Part shown: positions 57,452 through 64,000 of the stretch, piece by piece
How the letters are laid out: every line of letters starts with the position of its first letter
Position numbering within the stretch: position 1 is the first letter of the stretch
Source of the DNA: an uncultured Gemmatimonadales bacterium
Lineage (GTDB): Bacteria > Gemmatimonadota > Gemmatimonadetes > Gemmatimonadales > GWC2-71-9
Direction of reading: 5' to 3'
DNA length: 64,000 bases
NCBI GenBank assembly: GCA_963842945.1
Contig: CAWJIM010000019.1
Location: forward strand, 32,001 to 96,000
Made by a program: the position numbers and the translations under genes
Notes under the pieces: generated by a model
Databases searched by the model: none
Told to the model about the DNA's origin: nothing
Seen by the model: only the letters and a program-made list of their open reading frames with translations

Positions 57452-59157
57452 GCAGCATCCTCCGCCACCATCTTGGCGGGCAAGAAAATGGTGAAAGTGG
57501 TACCGGACCCAGGTCCGGATTCGACCAGTACCAGGCCCCGGTGGGCCTCCACCGCGCGCTGAACGATGGCGAGTCCCAGCCCGCTCCCGCCCGACCGGCC
57601 GGAGACGAAGGGCTGGAATAGCCGCTCGCGGACCTCTTCGGGAATCCCCGGCCCGTTGTCCCGCACCTGAAGCCGAATGGCGTGCTCGAGATCCGTCCCG
57701 TGGGGAATCTCGGAGGACTGGGCGGCGCCGACGGTGATGGTGATCCGAATAGGACCCCGGGCGGCCTGCACCGCGTTGAGGACCAGATTCGCAACCACGC
57801 GGTGCAGCAGATCCTCGTCGCCCTCCAGCGGGGTATGCCCGCCTTCGACGGCAATCACCGCATCCGGACGGCAATCCGGGTGCGCCCGAATCAGACGCAC
57901 CACGGCGACAACCACGGAATGGAGATCCACCGGGGCAAAGTGAGTTGCTCGCACCCGGGCAAAGTCGAGGAACTCGCTGAGCAGGCGGCTCAGCCGGTCA
58001 CTCTCCCTTACGATCAGGCCGGAGAGGAACCGCTCATCGTCGTCCGCGTGTTTCGAGCGGGCCAGTTGCTCGACCGAGCTTCTGATGGAGGCCAGTGGAT
58101 TGCGGATCTCGTGCGCCAGCGACGCGCTCAGCTCGGCCACCGCCTCCAGCCGCTCCGCTCGCATGTGCAGCTCCTGCACCTCCTTCAAATCGGAGATGTC
58201 GGTAAAGATGGCCGTGACCGAGGGGGCCTCCTGCGCTTCCTGGCGGAAAGTCGTGGTGCTCAGGCCGATCGGAAACATTCGGCCGGCGCCCTGGACCACC
58301 ATGCCCTCGCCCCGGCTGATCTTTCGTCCGTTACGAATTCCCGCCACGGCCGCGGCCCAGAGCTCCGAGGAGCGGCTCTTCAGCTGATCCAGCACCGGTA
58401 AGCCGATCAGGGCCTCGCCATCGAGATCGAGCAGGCGCTCTGCGGTTGGGTTGATGAAAGCCAGGCGGCCAAACCCGTCTACGGTAAGCACACCGGACCG
58501 GATATTTCGCAGGATATCATCGGCCTCGAGGCGTACCCGCTGCAGCTCGGTGGCGAGAGTCGCCTGCTCCATTCCTGCTTCGCGCAGGCGGTGTCCCAGC
58601 ACCGCCACGATCGCGAACACGCAGATTGAACACGCCGATCTGCGCCCACGACCCGGTGTCCAGTGAGGCGCCGTGGGTCCAGATGGTGTCTCCCAGAAAC
58701 AGCACCGAGACCAGAACGGCAGTGACCGCGACCCAGCCTGGCGGCAGCAACAGCGAATAGGCGGCGACCACCAGCACGTACAGCGCGGGCGCCCAGGAAA
58801 GGCGGATTGAGGCTGCCCGGTAAAGTGGAGGATGGTGGTGACCAGACCCAGATCGACCAGGGCCTGGATGAAGAAAAAAGCGTTGGTCGGTTTCCGCCGG
58901 AGCAGAAATATCGTTCCCGCCCCATACAACGTGAACATCAGGGCAAACACCACCGAGACGCTCACGATGAACGATTCCTGCGGACGCTCGGTCCAGACCA
59001 GCCCGGCGCCGAGCAGGACGCCGGTGGCCAGTACCAGCCGGCCAGCGAACAGCCAGGTAAGCAGGGTGCGCTGATCGGGAAGCGTGTTCTTCCCGGGCCG
59101 GCGCCGGTCAGGCACCGTGGGGACCGCCGCCCGTCCAGACGGAGCGGAGATTGCCAT
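57448..59157 (-). CDS. PilS-like membrane sensor kinase with PAS domain (frameshifts ~58620, ~58790)
   Basis: Multi-TM N-terminus (WLFAGRLV...QALVDLGLVT.ILHFTG), PAS, LAHEIRNPLASI, NLVLNA, DNGPG, GLGLAIV. Confidence 0.85.
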   Translation of the reverse strand: MAISAPSGRAAVPTVPDRRRPGKNTLPDQRTLLTWLFAGRLVLATGVLLGAGLVWTERPQESFIVSVSVVFALMFTLYGAGTIFLLRRKPTNAFFFIQALVDLGLVTTILHFTGQPQSAFPGRPRCTCWWSPPIRCCCRQAGSRSLPFWSRCCFWETPSGPTAPHWTPGRGRRSACSICVFAIVAVLGHRLREAGMEQATLATELQRVRLEADDILRNIRSGVLTVDGFGRLAFINPTAERLLDLDGEALIGLPVLDQLKSRSSELWAAAVAGIRNGRKISRGEGMVVQGAGRMFPIGLSTTTFRQEAQEAPSVTAIFTDISDLKEVQELHMRAERLEAVAELSASLAHEIRNPLASIRSSVEQLARSKHADDDERFLSGLIVRESDRLSRLLSEFLDFARVRATHFAPVDLHSVVVAVVRLIRAHPDCRPDAVIAVEGGHTPLEGDEDLLHRVVANLVLNAVQAARGPIRITITVGAAQSSEIPHGTDLEHAIRLQVRDNGPGIPEEVRERLFQPFVSGRSGGSGLGLAIVQRAVEAHRGLVLVESGPGSGTTFTIFLPAKMVAEDAA

Positions 59158-59169
59158 CGAACCTCGGAG

Positions 59170-59251
59170 TAGCTGGGAGCTGGGAGCTCGGAGCTGAGAG
59201 CCCTGGGCTCTGAATAGAGGCTCCAAGCTCCAAGCTCCTAGCTCCTAGCTA
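59170..59251. repeat. Tandem-heptamer (AGCTGGG / GCTCC(A/T)A) hairpin element
   Basis: AGCTGGGAGCTGGGAGCTCGGAGCTGAGAGC ... GCTCCAAGCTCCAAGCTCCTAGCTCCTAGCT; arms complementary if G-U pairs are allowed. Confidence 0.75.
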
Positions 59252-59316
59252 TCGTGGGGGACAGCCGAAGATAGGGAGGGCGACCGGGAATCCGGTAGTG
59301 CCCTCTATAATTAGAA

Positions 59317-59598
59317 ATGATCTGGACGGTCTATCTTGCCCGCTGCGCCGACGGCAGTCTATACACCGGCATCACCACGGACCCGGTGCGTCGGCTGGCC
59401 GAGCACAACCGGGGGTGCGGCGCGGCCTACACCCGCTCCAGGTTGCCGGTTGTTCTGGTGTACCTGGAGCAGGCGGCGGACCGGGGGCAGGCGCTTCGGC
59501 GAGAGCACGCCATCAAGCGGATGAGCCGGGCGGAAAAAGAGGCGTTGCCACTACTGCGGCCTTCAGTCCCCGCCCGGGTAGGATCAGGCCGGGGCTGA
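59317..59598 (+). CDS. Small GIY-YIG nuclease (YhbQ/UPF0213-like)
   Basis: WTVYLARCADGSLYTGITTD..RRL.EHN.G.GA.YTR.R.PV.LVY.E...ALRREHAIKRM.R.EK. Confidence 0.9.
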   Translation: MIWTVYLARCADGSLYTGITTDPVRRLAEHNRGCGAAYTRSRLPVVLVYLEQAADRGQALRREHAIKRMSRAEKEALPLLRPSVPARVGSGRG

Positions 59599-60135
59599 AC
59601 CGCGCCGCTCGGTAGAGCCGCTGCCAGGAGCTCGAGGTGCGCCGCCGAGCCCGGCACCAGCCGGTAGCTCGGACAGGGAGCTGGGCGAGTCCAGGTGTGC
59701 TCCGTCATCCACTCCCACACCCAGACGATCCACCAGCTCCCCACCCAGCCAGGCCGTTCCCAGAGCGATGACTACGCCGGTCAGCCCGGCAACGATGGCC
59801 CCCGTGGGCGGCACCTCCGGATTTTCCCTCCGCAGTAGCCAGCTCAGGATGAACAGGCCGACCACCACCACATTGCCGATGCCATGCCAGAGGCCCACCC
59901 TGCGGGCGCGGGTTCCGGCCGGTATGGCGATCCAATCCAGCCAGCCGAAGACCGCCGCGGCCAGCCCTCCGATGATGCCGGCGCCAATCATGTAGTACGC
60001 GACGACGGTCCATTGCGAGTTGCTCGACATCAGAAAAATGATGTCGAAGATGACCGCCGTTGCCAGCAGCCCGAGCGGAAACACAATGAGCATCGGATGT
60101 ACCGGATGTCCGGCGAACTTGACCTTGCTTTCCAT
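59584..60135 (-). CDS. DUF2231-like membrane protein
   Basis: GHPVHPMLIVFPLGL, G.LDW, HGIGN, WLGGELV..LGVGV; four TMs. Confidence 0.8.
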   Translation of the reverse strand: MESKVKFAGHPVHPMLIVFPLGLLATAVIFDIIFLMSSNSQWTVVAYYMIGAGIIGGLAAAVFGWLDWIAIPAGTRARRVGLWHGIGNVVVVGLFILSWLLRRENPEVPPTGAIVAGLTGVVIALGTAWLGGELVDRLGVGVDDGAHLDSPSSLSELPAGAGLGGAPRAPGSGSTERRGSAPA

Positions 60136-60402
60136 ATATGTCTTCCTCAGCCCTGGGCTGTAGTCCCGTTCAGCTACCGAGTTGTTGCTGCACCGTCTGA
60201 AGACTGTGGTGATCGTCTATTTCAGCTGGGCGAACGCCTTGTCGGCCCGGACGTGCCCTGTAGGTCTGCCGGCATGGCGGCACTGTTGGCCGGGGTGACG
60301 CTTCCGCGCCCCGTTCACGGCAATCCGGCAAATGTCGGATTTGCCCGCCAAAAAATGCGGGACCTGGCGGCCAACGTGATGTGACGCATGACCTGCTGAT
60401 TT

Positions 60403-62968
60403 TTACGCCGGTTTGGTGTCGAGGACTTCGCGGACCTTGAGGATCAGGCTCTCTGCGGAAAACGGCTTCTGAAGAAGAGGAATTTGGAAATTGCCAATTC
60501 CAGGTTGCAGCTTATCGGACTCGGAGTAGCCGGACATATAGAGCAGCCGGAGTTCGGGTCTCTGGGCCTTGAGCTTCTCCGCCAGCGCCACGCCGCCCAT
60601 ATCGGGCATCACGACATCGGTCAGAACTAGATCGATGCTTTCTCCCAGCTCGCTCAGAAGGCTCAGCGCCTCTTCACCGTTGTGAGCTTGAACGACCGTA
60701 TAACCCTGATTGAGGAGCACCCGGGCCGCCACGCTGCGCACCGCGTCTTCGTCCTCCACCAACAGGATGTGCTCGGAGCCCCGACCCGGCCGGCTGGCTT
60801 CCACCGGGATCTGGGCAAGCTCGTCTTCCGCCTCGACCCGGGGGAGGCAGATCTGGAAGGTGGTGCCGCGCTCAGGCTCGCTGTCGACCCAGATGTAACC
60901 TCCGCTCTGCACCACGATTCCGTAGACCGTCGCCAGGCCGAGACCGGTGTTCTGGGTGGCCGGCTTGGTGGTGAAGAACGGCTCGAACAGCCTGGCCTTG
61001 ACCTCCGGGCTCATGCCGTGTCCGGTGTCGCTCACCAGCAGCATGACGTATGGTCCGGGCGGGATGTCGAGTCCGACGTAGCGATAGGCATAGCCCTCGG
61101 GCAGATCGACGTCCAAGGTCTCGATGGTCAGGCGGCCACCCCCGCGCATGGCGTCGCGCGCGTTCAGCGCCAGGTTCATGACCACCTGCTCCATCTGTCC
61201 GTAGTCAGCCTCCACGCCGCCCAAGCCCACCGATAGCCGGGTCACCAGCCGGATGTCCTCGCCCAGGAGCGGACGGAGCATCCGCTCCATTCCGTTCACC
61301 ACCTCATTCAGACTGAGCACGTGCCGGGCCACCAGCTGCTGTCTGCCAAAGCCAAGCAGCTGCCGGGTCAGGTGCATGGCACGCTCGGCAGCTTTGCGAA
61401 TCTCGTCGGCGTCGGCCCAGCGGGGGTCAGTCTGCTCCAGGTTGGTCAGCAGGAAATCGCTGAAGCCCATGATGATCATCATCATGTTATTGAAGTCATG
61501 GGCCACTCCCCCGGCCAGCCGGCCGACGGCCTCCATCTTCTGCGCCTGGCGAACCTGTTCCTCCGCCCGGCGGCGTTCGGTCAGGTCCTGGACGTTGACG
61601 GCATAGTAGATGACGCGCCCGTCGGCGTCTCTCACGGCGGTGGCGTCGATCAGCGCGGGAAACACCTGGCTGTTCCGCCGAACCCGTTCCGTCTCCCAGA
61701 TCTGATGGCCCCGCTCATCGAAGAGGGGATTCATGCGGGGGAACTCGTGCTGGGAGGCAGAGAGATCCGCCATCGGCTTGCCGCGAAGCTCCTCCACGCT
61801 CCAGCCGTGCATGGCGGCAAACGCCGGATTGACGCTTTCGATGATGCCATCGGCGCTGACAATGGCTACACCCCAGCCGGCATGCTCGAAGATCCGGGCC
61901 CAGCGCTGCAGCTCCCTTCCCACCTCGACTCGTTGGCTGACGTCCCGGCCCACCCCGACGATACCCGTTGACTTCGCCATAGGGGCCGTGCAGCGGTGAG
62001 AGCGTGGTTTGCATGTGCCGAACGCCGTGCGGTGACGCGGAGCATCCACTCGTAGGTTACGGTCTCACCCGCCAGGGCCCGAAGGTTGGCCGCCTCGTGC
62101 AGGTCGGCGTCCTCCTCACCCACGATTTGCCGGGTGGTCCGGCCCACCAGACTGGCTGGGTCGAGCCCCTCCCGCTCCAGAAACCGCCCGAAGACGTCAA
62201 CGCAGCGCTGCTCGCGGTCCAGCCGGAACACCACATCGTCGATCGACTCGACCAGCTGGCGGAATCGGTCTTCATTGGCGCGCAACGCATGCTCGGCCTG
62301 GGTACCGTCAGGAAGCTCCCGGGCATAGCACACCAGACCGTTATTGGTGGAGGCGATTCGAAGGGAGAACCACCGGTTGAGCGCGGGAAGAAACTCCTCC
62401 AGCTCGACCGCGGAGCCCTGGGCATGTGAGCGAAAGGCCTCGGCCTGGATCCGGCTGCCGGCCAGCCCCGGGAGCGCGTGCCAGATATTCTGCCCGATCA
62501 GCCGAACCCGCTGCACTCCGAGGCTCGACAGCACGGCGTCGGCCCGGGCGTTGACGTGGCTGACCCGCCACTCATGGTCGCACCCGAGGAACGCCTCGTC
62601 CATGCCGTCGAGGATCTGGGCCGTGTGCCCGGCTTGAGGATTCTCCCGGAGCAACACCGTGAGGCCGTCATCCGTGGGATAAGCCCGAACCTCGACTGAT
62701 CCCCTCGTGCCGATATCAGGAACCTCGTGGACCACCGCCGTCTGATCGGCATACGCGCGATGGAGCGCCCGGCCGAGCAGTGAGTCGGCCAATGCGGGCG
62801 GTCCCAGATGACGGTGCCAAGTAGATCGGTGGAGGGGGTACCGGAGAGACGGGAGAGCACCCGCTCGGCTTGCCGGTTCAGATATGCGAAGCGCCAGTCA
62901 GGGTCGAGGGCGAAAATGCCTTCGCCAATGCGCTCGAGCAGATCCAGCGGTTGGGAGACGTTAAGCAA
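60403..62968 (-). CDS. Multi-PAS hybrid histidine kinase / receiver (frameshifts ~61975-62030, ~62795)
   Basis: Several PAS domains, QAQKMEAVGRLAGGVAHDFNN, NLALNARDAM, FEPFFTTK, GLGLATVYGIV, ILLVEDE...DVVMP...KPF. Confidence 0.88.
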
Positions 62969-63032
62969 CCGATTAGACCTTGCATGTGAGAGGGGCGCTC
63001 AAAAGCTAGAGCATGCCGCCCCCGATGCAAGC

Positions 63033-64000
63033 TCACATCGGCGATTCGCTGCTGATGGCCTCCTCCGGCGCCGGGGGGATGTCTGCCTGAGCCCGGGTGG
63101 TTGTGGCCCTTCCGTAGAGCGCCCGATAGATCTCCTCGTTCCGCTGAATGACCCGCACGTAGTCCCGGGTCTCGACGAAGGAGATCTGCTCGGCAAAGAC
63201 TTCGGGGTCGTTCACCCCGATCCGCTTGGACCAGCGATCGACCCGGGGAACGCCCGCGTTATATGCCGCGAGGATGTGGGCGGGCTGATCGTATTGGGCG
63301 AACAGCTCGCGCAGGTGGAAGGTGCCCAACTGAAGGCTGACGTCGGGCTGGTAGAGCAGCACTGGATCCCAGACTGGATAGTTGAGCTCCTTGGCCAGGC
63401 GTTCACCGAGCTCCGGCATCACCTGCGCCAGACCGCGGGCACCGGCCGACGAGGTGGCGGCCGGATTGAAGCTCGACTCCTGCCGAATCAGGGCGGCCAC
63501 GAAGTTGGGATCCAGCCCCTTCTCAGCGGCCTCGGCCAGCAGCGCGTCGGCATGGACCACCGGATAGATCAGGCGATAGGTCCGCGCGTCGGGCGGCGCC
63601 CCAAGTGCCAGCGCCTTGCGCGCGAGTTGAATGGCCGGCGCGGCCATGCCTTGCGTCCGAAGCGCGTTCGCGAGCACGAGCAGCCGTTCCGATGAGGTGT
63701 CGGGTGAGCGGACCAAACGGTCCAGCTCCCAGCGAGACTCCTGCCGCAGGCCCATGCGGGAGAGCAATGCCGCGCGCGAGACTCCCCGCTCGATCACCGG
63801 ATCTGAGGCAAACGAATCTGGAGCAGCGGGCGGCGACCACGGATCATTCCCCAGGCGGTTCGAGCTGAGCGTGGCGTAGTAGGACAGCGGGTCGCGGGCC
63901 AGCACGGCCTGCCAGCGCGCACGGGCCGCGACACTGTCGCCGGCCGCGGCCCAGGATCGTCCCGCCCAATACGCCGCGCCCAGGGCCTCGTCGCTTCTGG
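63033..64000 (-). CDS. Soluble lytic transglycosylase (Slt-like, TPR + SLT domain), 5' end outside the window
   Basis: ALIRQESSF, ARGLAQVMP, AAYNAG, ETRDYV motifs; the frame appears open to the window edge. Confidence 0.9.
   Translation of the reverse strand, partial: RSDEALGAAYWAGRSWAAAGDSVAARARWQAVLARDPLSYYATLSSNRLGNDPWSPPAAPDSFASDPVIERGVSRAALLSRMGLRQESRWELDRLVRSPDTSSERLLVLANALRTQGMAAPAIQLARKALALGAPPDARTYRLIYPVVHADALLAEAAEKGLDPNFVAALIRQESSFNPAATSSAGARGLAQVMPELGERLAKELNYPVWDPVLLYQPDVSLQLGTFHLRELFAQYDQPAHILAAYNAGVPRVDRWSKRIGVNDPEVFAEQISFVETRDYVRVIQRNEEIYRALYGRATTTRAQADIPPAPEEAISSESPM

Noticed and set aside
59317..59598. GIY-YIG gene as a homing endonuclease mobilising the adjacent hairpin
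   Set aside because: It is the short stand-alone YhbQ-type with no DNA-binding extension; adjacency to one of four hairpins is insufficient.
60136..60402. Possible small ORF or ncRNA between the DUF2231-like gene and the hybrid kinase
   Set aside because: No convincing RBS/ORF, recognisable RNA motif or strong hairpin found by eye.

Overview
GC-rich bacterial chromosomal segment. Gene content (many Hanks kinase-TM-TolB/TPR receptors, Cys-rich RCC1 lipoproteins, TonB-dependent receptor plus a large partner with a C-terminal Ig-like domain) suggests Gemmatimonadota; this is inference, as no rRNA is present. The housekeeping backbone is mostly on the minus strand: Slt, PAS hybrid kinase, PilS/PilR-like pair, pilins, a second sigma-54 two-component system, minor pilins, pilMNOPQ, aroC-aroK-topA-trmFO-xerC-hslV-hslU ... 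argF-gcvT. Two accessory zones flank argF-gcvT. (i) Downstream of gcvT, two RCC1 lipoprotein genes are each preceded by a displaced copy of the gcvT 3' end; the homology ends at a perfect 9-5-9 dyad. (ii) Between hslU and argF lies a ~26 kb block with five receptor Ser/Thr kinases (three share a near-identical ~950 bp promoter+kinase module but have different sensor regions), a TBDR pair and an amidohydrolase. About 23 kb of it is bracketed by a duplicated [TPR-gene tail + argF 5' end]. The most promising signal is this additive stacking of cassettes at housekeeping-gene ends with no dedicated integrase in view, together with modular kinase/sensor shuffling. A family of short tandem-repeat hairpins also occupies intergenic spaces and intrudes into coding sequence. 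Many single-base frameshifts, including in hslU, aroC and gcvT, look like sequencing errors, so several CDS boundaries are reconstructed by eye. No tRNA, rRNA, CRISPR array or transposase was recognised.
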